DNA of 64,000 bases from Candidatus Saccharimonadota bacterium (GCA_046350735.1 JAXLZU010000001.1:76530-140529); one strand, 5' to 3'. Positions 9,337 through 19,133 are shown, counted from the stretch's first letter. Program-made: numbers and translations. The notes: a model not told the origin generated them from the letters alone.

Positions 9337-12104
9337 AATCATATATAGCACAAGCAAATGTCTATTTGCTAAGCGCACTGTTATTCTTTTTGCCATTTGA
9401 GATTTGGCCGCAACTGTATTGGTACAGCACGGCAGTTCGACCAAGCCATATCGTTGGTACTCTATTATTACTCATTAATATACCAATGCTGATAAAACGG
9501 CGTTGGGACTGGCTGCAGTTACCATGGGTATTGCTAGCCTTGTTTTTGCTAACAGGGGTTATATCGGCATTCTATAACAAAAGTACCAGCCACAGTTATC
9601 TAACTCTTATGTTGTATGGGTATGAGTTTGTGTTGGCTTTTTGTGTTGCACAAATAATTAATAAGCGAGACTTAGCATGGTATCGCAATATTATTCTTAT
9701 TAGTGGAAGTCTAGTTGTGATATTTGCCTTGTGGCAATTTTTTGGTGATGTGCTTGGTGTTTCTACTCATTACACGCTTTTGGCTACTCGCTATTCTAAG
9801 CTTATCTTTGGGTATCCTCGAATAACGGGGCTGAGTTTTGAGCCTGCTACTCTAGTAAACTATCTTATTATCCCACTTAGTCTGGCACTTGTAACATTTT
9901 TTGTAAAACCTAGTAAGCGCTATTTTGTTTTGTCTGTTGCATTCTTAAGTAGTATATTCTTGGCAACATCACGCTCGGCATTTATTGGGTTGTCGCTAAT
10001 ATCTCTTATATTGTTAGTAGTTCTTGCAGCTAAAAGGTACTATAAAGAAATTGTTTATCTTGGTTTATTAGTAGTTATGTCTGCTGTTTTTGCGGCTACA
10101 ATTTTGTTTGTAGGTGCACGCCTGGCCAGACCAGTGCAGGTAGCAGTTCCGTCTGATATTCAGACAACTATACCACAGACAGGCATTAATCCTTCGGTGG
10201 TACGTCATAACCTGACTACTCAGCTTGCTTCTGTAGAAACAAATACCTCGGTACAGACTCGCTTAGATTCATGGCGAGCAGGAATAAAAGTATTTATTAC
10301 TCATCCTGTATTAGGAATAGGACCAGGAAATTTACAGGCCACATTAGCACGACAGTTTAATGTTGATACATCAATATATAGCGGCAATTCGCTATCACGT
10401 AGCGTATATGTACAACTTTTGGCAGAGCAGGGTATTGTTGGTAGCGGCATATTAATTGTTTTTCTGATTACCTTACTTTGGTTGGCGGTACAGGTATGGC
10501 CAAGAATACATAGTAAACAAGAAGAAATATGGCTGTTGGCAATAGTACTTATGAGTATAATGTTTTTGGTGCAGTGGCAGAGCCTAGGTAATTTAGCAGT
10601 TACACATACATGGATATTTGTTGGTGTGCTCGTTGGTATCACTGGCTCGGTAAAAGTAATGTATTTAGACAATCTTCGTCGTCGTGTGCAGAGCAGTGTA
10701 TGGCTTCGCCAAAACAAATTAGCTTTAGTAATATCTGCAATAAGTTTTGGATATTATGTACTACTGCAATATTTGTTATATCGTAAGTTGCAGATACCAA
10801 TGCTCGATCTCGGTTTGTTTAACAGGCATATGTATGGGCTGGTTCACTCGGGCCTCAGCATTAATCCTCTTAAGGGCTATAATCTCTTGGGCGACCATGC
10901 GCACTTTTTCTTATTGCCACTAGTGCCACTGTATTATCTTTGGCAAGCCCCCGGATTCTTACTTGTCTTGCAAGCACTTTGTATTGTACTCAGCGGTTGG
11001 CCAATATATTTAATTGCCAAACACTATTCATCCAAGCCTCAGCTGGCAGCATTCTGGCTGCTGCCGTACTTTTTATTCTTTGGGTTCTTTTCTGCACTCG
11101 TCTATTCTTTTCACGACTCAGCTGCCGCCGTCTTACCACTGGCCTGGGTGCTGTATTTTCTATTAGTAAGTAAAAACTATCGGCATTTATGTATTGGCTT
11201 AGCAACACTGTTGCTCTTTCGCGAAGACATGCCGCTCGTAGCACTAATGGTAGCAATTTATCTAATAATAGTTGAACGTAAATATTGGCTTGGTGTAGCA
11301 ATTGGGTTTGTTAGTGCACTATATTTTGCTGTTATAACTAAGCTATGGCTACCACTATTTGGGCCGAGTTATGGATATGAAAAAACAAATTTTGGCAGCG
11401 GCATACAAGATGTAGTAAAAGCAGTATTTCTACAGCCACTTGGTGTCGTAAAAGCGTTCTTTTTGCCGAGCGAAAAGCTACGCAACATGCTAGCTATGGT
11501 ATTTTCATTCGGTGGTTTTAGTATCTTTGCTCTCGAAATAGTAATTTTACTTTTACCACTGTGGCTAGGGAGATTTTTAAGTACTGAGACATGGCGATGG
11601 GGAAGCTTTGAGCACTACTCGGCATCGCAAGCCCCAATATTGGCAGCCGCATCTATTATTGGTTTGTATCGGTTGATACAATTTTTACACAAAAATTATG
11701 GTGTTAATAAAGAGTTACTATACAAGATAGCCATTAGCTCTACGATACTATTGGCCTTTAGTATTAACATAGCTATGCACCAATATGCAGTACTAAAGCC
11801 ATTGTCCCTTCGGTTTTATAAGCTCACCCCTACAGAGCGGAGTGCTCGCACAGCATTTCAGTTAATTCCTAAAAATGCGAGCGTTGGTGCGAGCTCGGCA
11901 TTTGCTATGCTTTCTTCGCGTGCAGAGATTTATTACTTACCACTACCAGAGGGGGCACACCCAGAATATATTGTTATTTCGAGCAACCTAGAAAAATGGC
12001 CATTTATGAGCAAGCAGGAAGTTGATGAGTATATTAGTGTACTTACAAATAATGGCTATAGAGAAGTATTTAACGAAAATACTGTTGTGATACTACAAAG
12101 ATAA
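9321..12104 (+). CDS. Apparent fusion of an O-antigen ligase (Wzy_C) family domain and a DUF2079-like GT-C membrane domain
   Basis: N half: RITGLSFEP, SRSAF, R..W...HPVLGIGPGN, QLLAEQGIVG. C half: DLGLF, LGDH, FH, REDM. Confidence 0.75.
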   Translation: MAEEIKSYIAQANVYLLSALLFFLPFEIWPQLYWYSTAVRPSHIVGTLLLLINIPMLIKRRWDWLQLPWVLLALFLLTGVISAFYNKSTSHSYLTLMLYGYEFVLAFCVAQIINKRDLAWYRNIILISGSLVVIFALWQFFGDVLGVSTHYTLLATRYSKLIFGYPRITGLSFEPATLVNYLIIPLSLALVTFFVKPSKRYFVLSVAFLSSIFLATSRSAFIGLSLISLILLVVLAAKRYYKEIVYLGLLVVMSAVFAATILFVGARLARPVQVAVPSDIQTTIPQTGINPSVVRHNLTTQLASVETNTSVQTRLDSWRAGIKVFITHPVLGIGPGNLQATLARQFNVDTSIYSGNSLSRSVYVQLLAEQGIVGSGILIVFLITLLWLAVQVWPRIHSKQEEIWLLAIVLMSIMFLVQWQSLGNLAVTHTWIFVGVLVGITGSVKVMYLDNLRRRVQSSVWLRQNKLALVISAISFGYYVLLQYLLYRKLQIPMLDLGLFNRHMYGLVHSGLSINPLKGYNLLGDHAHFFLLPLVPLYYLWQAPGFLLVLQALCIVLSGWPIYLIAKHYSSKPQLAAFWLLPYFLFFGFFSALVYSFHDSAAAVLPLAWVLYFLLVSKNYRHLCIGLATLLLFREDMPLVALMVAIYLIIVERKYWLGVAIGFVSALYFAVITKLWLPLFGPSYGYEKTNFGSGIQDVVKAVFLQPLGVVKAFFLPSEKLRNMLAMVFSFGGFSIFALEIVILLLPLWLGRFLSTETWRWGSFEHYSASQAPILAAASIIGLYRLIQFLHKNYGVNKELLYKIAISSTILLAFSINIAMHQYAVLKPLSLRFYKLTPTERSARTAFQLIPKNASVGASSAFAMLSSRAEIYYLPLPEGAHPEYIVISSNLEKWPFMSKQEVDEYISVLTNNGYREVFNENTVVILQR

Positions 12105-12162
12105 GCTATTCTTTCGTAATTGTACTCAAGAGTGAAATAATTCAACAGCTATTCAGAATTGT

Positions 12163-12705
12163 TTATTTGGCTCTAACACCATTTGGCTGGATTACCCACC
12201 AAAAACCGCCATGTGTTCTAACGTTATGGCACTCTACTTCTCCGGCTTTCTCATGTGCGTAATAATATAATGGATGACCATTGTAGGTAACTTGAGTAGT
12301 ACCATCACTGCGCTTAGTGGTTCCAAGCAATTGACTATTTACCTCAGCAGTTGCAATCGGTGTACCATTTGTTAGCACAGGCGGCCACTCTTTGGCACAG
12401 TCTCCATAGCATTTAGCTGTTGACGAATCTTCTAGTTGCCAAATATAGATAGCCTGATTGTTGTTATCAAAAAGCATCACGCCATATTTACTGTTACCGG
12501 TTTTAATAATAGTTCCGGTAGCAGTATCTTCTTTGTTTACTTCAGGCTTATTGTTAGGCGGTGCTGATTCAATATTTTTGTTAGCAGCTGTTTGATTATT
12601 ATTACTATTTAATCGAAATAAAAAGTAGCCAAGGCATGCTATTGCTATTACAAACGCAAGTATACCCAACCAAACTAACTTAGAGTTATTTTTTGTTACT
12701 TTCAT
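12163..12705 (-). CDS. Membrane-anchored protein with Y-X4-D (Lipoprotein_15) repeats
   Basis: CYGDCAKEWPP and RSDGTTQVTYNGHPLYYYAHE; N-terminal TM. Confidence 0.8.
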   Translation of the reverse strand: MKVTKNNSKLVWLGILAFVIAIACLGYFLFRLNSNNNQTAANKNIESAPPNNKPEVNKEDTATGTIIKTGNSKYGVMLFDNNNQAIYIWQLEDSSTAKCYGDCAKEWPPVLTNGTPIATAEVNSQLLGTTKRSDGTTQVTYNGHPLYYYAHEKAGEVECHNVRTHGGFWWVIQPNGVRAK

Positions 12706-12754
12706 ATACCTATTATACTAAAAAAGACCGATACAATTCGTATCGGTCAATAAG

Positions 12755-14086
12755 TTATCTTCCTGGCCAGGAGCTATCTGCCCAAGCCCAGCCAATGTAT
12801 GGTCCGGCACCTACCGAGCTAATAGTGGTAATACGGGCGCCATAAGCCTTTCCATTATATGTATATCCATTACTCACAAACTGACCGTTGCCAATAGATA
12901 GCATTACATGGCCATAGCCACCATTTACATTTGCGGCACCAAAGAACGCTAAGGCACCGGCAGGCACATTAGTATCACCTCTATGCATTTGCCCAGTGGC
13001 AATTTTAGCATTCGCATTGGCAAGTGCACTGCCATATCGCCCACGTGTACCAAAGGCTTGCTCCACCATAAGTTCACACAGACCGTTCCAAGAAGTACTA
13101 CCAACTTGTGATTTAGCCCAGTTGATTGCTCGCTGCTCTTTGGTAGTAATTATCGGGGAAGGTGGAGCAGAACAACCTGCAGCCCCAGCGTATGGGTAGG
13201 TAGCAAACATGGTATTAATTTCGGCTTGCGATGCCGAGCGGACACCATTCCAACCACCATAGCAACGTAGCAATGTTTCGGCACTAGACATACCAAATAT
13301 TTGCCCGTTGTGCAGTAAGAAAACGGTTCCATTTGGCGACAAAAGTTTGGTGCCTTCTGGCAGGCTATACTGACAACCTGCAGTACCGCCACCGGGGTAC
13401 GTTATTGTAAGTCTAAGAATCTCGGCATCACTAACATGATGTACCGCTGACCAACCGCCATAACAGCCAAGAACTGCCGGGCTCGGAATGGCGAGCCAAG
13501 TACTATTTCTTACTAAATATACACCTGGTCCAGAACCTTGCAAGAGCGTATTGTTTGCATAAGTAATTCTACTACAGGTAAACGTACCGGCATTTGAGTA
13601 GGTAGCCATGGCCCAACGAAATTCATAGGCTGGCATGTTCATTTGTACTGGTGCCCAACCACCTAGACACGCAATAAGTGTTTCGGGGTTAGGAACCCAA
13701 TAGCTATTGCTGCCCGAAATTACGTACACCGCACTACTGTTAGGGTCTTTAAAGGTCTTATTATTTGGGTAAACTACCCGGCAGAACGCGGGCTGACTAA
13801 CACCCATAGTTACTATGGCATCATTAAGAAGGCTATCATTAATCCAATTAACGCGAGACCAACCACCTAGGCAAGTAGTGAGTGTTTCTGGGTCTAAGAT
13901 GGGATGGAGGTTACCATTACTCACATAATACACACCAGGCCCCGAACCCTTTAGTAGACTGCCATCGGGGTAACGTGTGCTGGCAGAAGCCTGTTGTTGT
14001 GAAAGTGCAAGGCCACAAATCGTAAGAACAATGGCCAATAATGAAAAAACGACCTTGTGGGTCGTAGGGGAGGTTTCCATTGTCAT
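12755..14086 (-). CDS. Secreted protein with four ~67-aa repeats and a C-terminal CHAP/NlpC-P60-like domain
   Basis: Signal peptide; repeats of type Y..G.LL.G.GP.VY....CxGGW..V...C; C-terminal GLCELMV...GYGHV Cys-His. SD AGGAGG favours a start at 14086 over 14143. Confidence 0.7.
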   Translation of the reverse strand: MTMETSPTTHKVVFSLLAIVLTICGLALSQQQASASTRYPDGSLLKGSGPGVYYVSNGNLHPILDPETLTTCLGGWSRVNWINDSLLNDAIVTMGVSQPAFCRVVYPNNKTFKDPNSSAVYVISGSNSYWVPNPETLIACLGGWAPVQMNMPAYEFRWAMATYSNAGTFTCSRITYANNTLLQGSGPGVYLVRNSTWLAIPSPAVLGCYGGWSAVHHVSDAEILRLTITYPGGGTAGCQYSLPEGTKLLSPNGTVFLLHNGQIFGMSSAETLLRCYGGWNGVRSASQAEINTMFATYPYAGAAGCSAPPSPIITTKEQRAINWAKSQVGSTSWNGLCELMVEQAFGTRGRYGSALANANAKIATGQMHRGDTNVPAGALAFFGAANVNGGYGHVMLSIGNGQFVSNGYTYNGKAYGARITTISSVGAGPYIGWAWADSSWPGR

Positions 14087-14229
14087 CCTCCTTGTTCGGC
14101 GCTGGGGACTTGTGATTACAATGGAATATATCCACCTTACCAAATCTAAAAATGGCTTTGCAAGCAGCAGCAGTTTTATGCCGCCTCATGCTTAAAAAAT
14201 ATACTATTTTAAGGTATAATACCCTAGAT

Positions 14230-15348
14230 ATGAAGATCGTAATTGATGGTCGTTTTATAAAGCAAACTGGCATAGGTCGCTACATTGAAGAAATGGTTGA
14301 GCAGGTTTTACTTATCGACAAAAAAAACCAATATGTACTAATTATTCGCAAAAAAGACAAAGACCAAATTACCCTTAAGGCCAAGAATTTATCATTACTT
14401 CCGGTCGATATGGATTGGTATAACTTTAAAGAGCAAATACAGCTTGCCAAAATAATAGAATCGCAAAAGCCAGACTTAGTACATTTTACTAATTTTAATT
14501 TTCCACTACGTTATCGTGGTAAATTTGTAATGACTATACACGATCTTACCTTATTGCACTTTCAGAATATTCGCAAAAAAGGTATGGGCACGCTTAAGTA
14601 CAAAGTGCGAGATCAAGCTAGGCGTTTGGCAATGCGCCAAGGTGTAAAACGCGCCAAAATGCTACTTGTAGATAGCGAGTATGTAAAAGAAGATATTGCC
14701 AAAACCTACCATGTAAGACGCAATAAAATTGTGGTTGCACCACTTGCTGGTGAAGCCGCGTATCAACGTGCTCGGGTAGATTTAGAAAAATATGGTATTA
14801 ACAAACCATTCTTGTTTTATACCGGCAATGCCTATCCACACAAAAATCTCGAACGCCTAATTCTGGCATTTGGACAGCTAACAACTAAGTATCTCTTAGA
14901 CTATCAATTAGTTATTGGTGGTAAAAAAGATGATTTTCACGAAGGCTTAGAAGAAGAAGTAAAAAAATCTGGTCTGAGTGAGCGAGTTATCTTTACGGGC
15001 TTTGTAAGCGATGCCGAGCTAGCAGGGCTATATAAAGCTGCTACTTTGTATGTTTTGCCATCACTCTCAGAAGGCTTTGGCTTGCCTGGGCTTGAAGCAA
15101 TGAGTTATGGCCTGCCGGTAGTTAGCAGTAATGCTACCTGTCTACCAGAAGTATTAGAAGATGCCGCGGTATATTTTGACCCTCGTAGCGTTAAAGATAT
15201 AGCTGCAGTTATTGCTAATACACTCGCCGACAAAGACTTGCTCGCCAAGCTAACCAAAAAAGGCTATCGTCAAATTAAAAAATACAGTTGGCGTAAGACT
15301 GCTAAGATAACACATGAAGTGTATGAAAAGGTATTAAGACAAAAATAA
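14230..15348 (+). CDS. Glycosyltransferase family 4 (GT-B)
   Basis: MKIVIDGR..TGIGRY, TIHDL, PHKNL, SEGFGLPGLEAM; TATAAT 9 nt before ATG 14230. Confidence 0.9.
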   Translation: MKIVIDGRFIKQTGIGRYIEEMVEQVLLIDKKNQYVLIIRKKDKDQITLKAKNLSLLPVDMDWYNFKEQIQLAKIIESQKPDLVHFTNFNFPLRYRGKFVMTIHDLTLLHFQNIRKKGMGTLKYKVRDQARRLAMRQGVKRAKMLLVDSEYVKEDIAKTYHVRRNKIVVAPLAGEAAYQRARVDLEKYGINKPFLFYTGNAYPHKNLERLILAFGQLTTKYLLDYQLVIGGKKDDFHEGLEEEVKKSGLSERVIFTGFVSDAELAGLYKAATLYVLPSLSEGFGLPGLEAMSYGLPVVSSNATCLPEVLEDAAVYFDPRSVKDIAAVIANTLADKDLLAKLTKKGYRQIKKYSWRKTAKITHEVYEKVLRQK

Positions 15349-15353
15349 GTAAG

Positions 15354-16382
15354 TTAATTTTTGTTTGGTATAGTTTTAATGGCTTCCCACATTTCGGGGT
15401 GGCCGTTTTCTTTTAGCCAGTACCACCATTCTGATCCCCACAGATCAAACTCTCTTATTTGGCTCTGCCGAGCATACTCAATATTCTCATATAAAATTTT
15501 AGGGTTCATAGTAGCAAATGCTTCTTGGGGGTTGAGATTTTCGTTGCCAACTTTACCCCACGCCTCAGCTTGAAGCTCGTGAATTTTTATTTCTGAGCGA
15601 GTATAGAGGTTAATTATGGCAGCTTTCCACCAAAAGTAGAGGCCAGTTTGTGGGTAACGAAAGTAACCAAATGGACTCCACACCCAACGATACATCGAAA
15701 ACCCAAAGATATTACCATATGGCAAACGCACAGGAAAACCATTCTGATTACTCTGCGTAATAACTATTGGACGTGATGAGTCTAGACTCTTAACTAAGTT
15801 ATATTCAGCCTGATAATCTTTAGAGTTTAAGTTTTGAGCTGGACAATCACCAAAACTTTTTAGTAAGAACTCATTCTCTAACTGCCATTTCTCTATAGTA
15901 GGATTGTTTTTATACCTATTTACTACTGCCTCGAGCATTTTGAGTGATTCGGCATGTACTGCTTGAGAATTAGTCTTGTCTAGCCAAGCAGGGTAGTAAC
16001 ATTCGGGTACACGTAGGCTTTTTTGACCAATTACCATAGTAAGCTTGGCACCGCGTTTGCTCGCTTCATTTACCATGTAATCGGTTTGGCTAAAGTCGTA
16101 TACATCTGGCTGTGGCTCTAGCCTGTCCCAATAGGCTGCAATACGAATATGTCTAAAACCTAGCTCATCCATAAGCGAAGTAAAGTTTTTCTGCCAGTCG
16201 CTACCATAACGCTCTGCCTGTACTTGACTAAAGCTTACGCCAATTTGTTCTTGTCTATTGTGATTGAGCAACCAAAAACGCATCATCAAAACAAACGAAA
16301 CAACAATAACTATACCAATTAAAATAAGTGTGGTTCTCACTGCCCAATGGAGCTTTGGATTGGTAGTCTTAGCAACTTTCAT
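15354..16382 (-). CDS. Membrane-anchored glycoside hydrolase (clan A, GH5/GH42-like TIM barrel)
   Basis: IRIAAYWDRLEP..YDFS, WQLENE (acid/base), HELQAEAW (nucleophile). Confidence 0.7.
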   Translation of the reverse strand: MKVAKTTNPKLHWAVRTTLILIGIVIVVSFVLMMRFWLLNHNRQEQIGVSFSQVQAERYGSDWQKNFTSLMDELGFRHIRIAAYWDRLEPQPDVYDFSQTDYMVNEASKRGAKLTMVIGQKSLRVPECYYPAWLDKTNSQAVHAESLKMLEAVVNRYKNNPTIEKWQLENEFLLKSFGDCPAQNLNSKDYQAEYNLVKSLDSSRPIVITQSNQNGFPVRLPYGNIFGFSMYRWVWSPFGYFRYPQTGLYFWWKAAIINLYTRSEIKIHELQAEAWGKVGNENLNPQEAFATMNPKILYENIEYARQSQIREFDLWGSEWWYWLKENGHPEMWEAIKTIPNKN

Positions 16383-16434
16383 AGATGTGTATTATAACAA
16401 ATAAAATACCCCACCGTCTGGTAGGGTAATGGTA

Positions 16435-17670
16435 CTAGGTAAGTAGATATTGATTGCCAAGAAGCCAAGGACTGTCTGGAGTTTGAGGACGATAACGAAT
16501 GTGCTGCTGAATCATTTCTACTTGCTTCGTATACATATCTCTTGGTGTAGCGCGGGTAATACTAAGGTGTCGTCGTACTAAGCGTTGAATGTCTTTGAAG
16601 AAACCAGAATAATCACCTGAGCGATACTCAGTACTAGCAAGCGTCATGGTAATAATTCGCAATAGTAACCGTTGCTGGTCTTTTTCTGCATGTTTTAGCT
16701 CGGAGAGAAGCATATCTAACTCACCTAGTTGTTGTTCGGCAAGTAGAGCTTCAACAAGCATTTCTGCAGCAATTGGTGAGTCACTCTGAGTAAGGCAATG
16801 GTGGTTTATCCAGACCTTTGCCCAGAAGTAGGGCTTTAGACCGAGTCTGTCGAGTCGCTTGGTAGCTTCTCTCATAAAAGCATTAACACGTTTTCTCCCT
16901 ACGCGTACACTACTCAGCATAGTCTGCAGATCCCAAATATCGGCCGCGATTGTTTCGGCAAAGGTGGTACAATTAAGATAACGATAACGCAGAGACTTCT
17001 CAGAGAGAGCATCGTACTCTAGTTGCAATCGCAGGCGAGCAATAGCTGCTGTTAGTCGAGCAGCATTGGCACTAGGGTTGTATCGAGCGAGCGAATCGCG
17101 AAACCCAACAGAATTTTCTACTCGACTGCGCGCATCTTTTCTAAGAAGTGTTCTACACAGCTGCATATCTGATGCAACTAGCCTAAGCAAATCAGCTTCG
17201 CCACTAGAATCTTGCAAGAGTTTAAACCAATCATCGAGCAGGCGCTGTCGAACTTCTTGCACAGTTTCTCTACGAGTTGTATCAAGATCAGAACGCAATG
17301 CAATATTTCTACTACCTTGAATACCAGAACGAATACCAGACTCTACCGTCACAAAGGTCTCATGCTCACTAAGTGGTGGTCGAGCCCTAACGTAAATAAG
17401 CACTTCACCAACCAAATCCATATCTTTAATGTCTGATACTTTGGTAACTACCCAATACTTCTCAGAGATATTTCTACCAGGCCTTACTAGGATCTGTCTA
17501 GCTCGAATATTGCGCGAACGCAGCTTTTTACCAGTAATAATTGGCTGTACCTCAACCCCAAGAGCATAGCTAAAGCGCATATCTTCTTGCACTGTCAATG
17601 TTTCTCCCTTTGTAGGTTCTCTCTTGAGAGCGAACGTATAATACCATGTAACACCTTGACTTTCAACCAT
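16435..17670 (-). CDS. Hypothetical protein (helical, no recognised family; start uncertain)
   Basis: 411-aa open frame followed by a hairpin at about 16406-16429. Confidence 0.55.
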   Translation of the reverse strand: MVESQGVTWYYTFALKREPTKGETLTVQEDMRFSYALGVEVQPIITGKKLRSRNIRARQILVRPGRNISEKYWVVTKVSDIKDMDLVGEVLIYVRARPPLSEHETFVTVESGIRSGIQGSRNIALRSDLDTTRRETVQEVRQRLLDDWFKLLQDSSGEADLLRLVASDMQLCRTLLRKDARSRVENSVGFRDSLARYNPSANAARLTAAIARLRLQLEYDALSEKSLRYRYLNCTTFAETIAADIWDLQTMLSSVRVGRKRVNAFMREATKRLDRLGLKPYFWAKVWINHHCLTQSDSPIAAEMLVEALLAEQQLGELDMLLSELKHAEKDQQRLLLRIITMTLASTEYRSGDYSGFFKDIQRLVRRHLSITRATPRDMYTKQVEMIQQHIRYRPQTPDSPWLLGNQYLLT

Positions 17671-17719
17671 ATCAACAGATATAATCGTGTGGTTAGAGGT
17701 ATTTTAAAAGCAGAAGAAA

Positions 17720-18034
17720 ATGAAAAAAGATACTCGAAAATATATTGATAGGCGGGATTATCTAATTGCTGCAGTTGCCAAAAGACGTAAGGTACTAAAA
17801 GAAAAATCAGTACAATACAAAGGTGGTAAGTGCGAGCTATGTGGCTACGAGAAATGTATTGAAGCCTTGGATTTTCATCATAAAGATCCAAAAACAAAGA
17901 AATTTGGCATTAGCCATAAAGGATATACTCGCAGCTGGCAGGATGTGCAAGGCGAACTAAATAAGTGTGTTTTGGTTTGTGCAAATTGCCATAGAGAGAT
18001 AGAAGCAGGAGTATCAAACATTAATCCGGGGTAG
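17720..18034 (+). CDS. Small zinc-binding HNH endonuclease
   Basis: KGGKCELCGY...LDFHH.DP...KCVLVCANCHRE; stop TAG 18032-18034 lies inside tRNA-Asn. Confidence 0.85.
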   Translation: MKKDTRKYIDRRDYLIAAVAKRRKVLKEKSVQYKGGKCELCGYEKCIEALDFHHKDPKTKKFGISHKGYTRSWQDVQGELNKCVLVCANCHREIEAGVSNINPG

Positions 18035-18326
18035 CTCAGTGGTAGAGCAGTTGGCTGTAAATTGATGCAGCGTTTAGTGGTAACACTAAGATGAAAATAG
18101 GGTGAATTGCGGGAAGCCTAAGTGAGAATATGGTAATCCGCAGCCAAGCCAAGAAGAGCAAAGGTTTCTTGGAAGGTTCAGAGACTAGAGGGTGAGACTC
18201 AACAATAATCTCTCAGATAGCGCCCTACATCCGTCATGGCGGATGATGATATAGTCCATTCCCATTTGAAAATTTGGGGTAGATGTAACCAATTGGTCGC
18301 TGGTTCGAATCCAGTCCCCGGAGCCA
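18025..18326 (+). tRNA. tRNA-Asn(GTT) interrupted by a group I intron (exons 18025-18058 and 18286-18326)
   Basis: Joined exons give a full cloverleaf: acceptor TCCGGGG/CCCCGGA, D arm GCTC/GAGC, anticodon loop CTGT|TAA, T arm GCTGG-TTCGAAT-CCAGT, G73, encoded CCA. Confidence 0.95.
18059..18285 (+). ncRNA. Group I self-splicing intron (227 nt, ORF-less) between anticodon positions 35 and 36
   Basis: 5' exon ends in U, which pairs with G of the IGS GCAGC (18067-18071); terminal G at 18285; P AATTGCGGGA 18105, Q AATCCGCAGC 18135, R GTTCAGAGACTA 18176, S ATGATATAGTCC 18246; P3 TAGGGTG/CGCCCTA; P8 CATCCGTCATGGCGGATG. Confidence 0.95.
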
Positions 18327-18340
18327 TAGTACTTATGCTT

Positions 18341-18364
18341 AAAAGACCCAACCGGGTCTTTTTT
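18341..18364 (+). terminator. Rho-independent terminator after tRNA-Asn
   Basis: AAAAGACCC-AACC-GGGTCTTTTTT. Confidence 0.8.
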
Positions 18365-18378
18365 GATATGATGTTGTC

Positions 18379-19128
18379 ATGTCAATTTACGAGGCCATTA
18401 TTTTTGACCTAGATGGCACTGCCATAAGCAGTGAGCCCAATGCTGTTCCTTCTGACAAAGTAGTTAAGGCAGTTGAAGATGCACAAAAATCGATGCATTT
18501 GTGTGCAGCGACTGGCCGCTCAATAACAAATTCAAAGTATCTTTTAGATGCTCTAAAACTAAATAGTCCATGTGTAATTTCGGCTGGCACCCAAATTGTT
18601 AACCCCAAAACTGAAGAGATTTTGTGGGAGGCAACGATTGACGAAAAAGATGTGGAAAGTGTTTTAGAAGTTTGCAAGCCTTACAATTTTGAAATTTTGT
18701 CTGGAACAGAACTTGTTGGCGAAGGTGCTGCTGCAGCCGAGAGAAAGCCCCATACAACTAACGTGCTATACATTATGGCTGTAAGCAAAACCGATGCTGA
18801 AGTAATATCAAAAGCTTTATCAGGAATTAAAGGCATATCATCAAGCGAAGTGCCGTCATGGGTAGAACATGGAGTTGATATTCACATTACTAACAAAGAA
18901 GCCACGAAAGAGCACGCTGTTGAGAAATTACTAGATATTATTGGCGTAGATAAAGACAAAGTTATTGGAGTTGGTGATGCCGACAACGATGTGCACTTAT
19001 TTAAGTCTGTAGGGCATAAAGTTGCAATGGGCAATGCAACTGATAGACTAAAAAAACTTGCAGACGAAGTAGCACCGTCGGTCACAGAAGACGGACTGGC
19101 TGCAATTATTCAGAAGTACTCAACATAA
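18379..19128 (+). CDS. Cof-type HAD-IIB hydrolase
   Basis: FDLDGT, ATGR, ATKE, GVGDADND, AMGNA, EDG. Confidence 0.9.
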   Translation: MSIYEAIIFDLDGTAISSEPNAVPSDKVVKAVEDAQKSMHLCAATGRSITNSKYLLDALKLNSPCVISAGTQIVNPKTEEILWEATIDEKDVESVLEVCKPYNFEILSGTELVGEGAAAAERKPHTTNVLYIMAVSKTDAEVISKALSGIKGISSSEVPSWVEHGVDIHITNKEATKEHAVEKLLDIIGVDKDKVIGVGDADNDVHLFKSVGHKVAMGNATDRLKKLADEVAPSVTEDGLAAIIQKYST

Positions 19129-19133
19129 AATTA

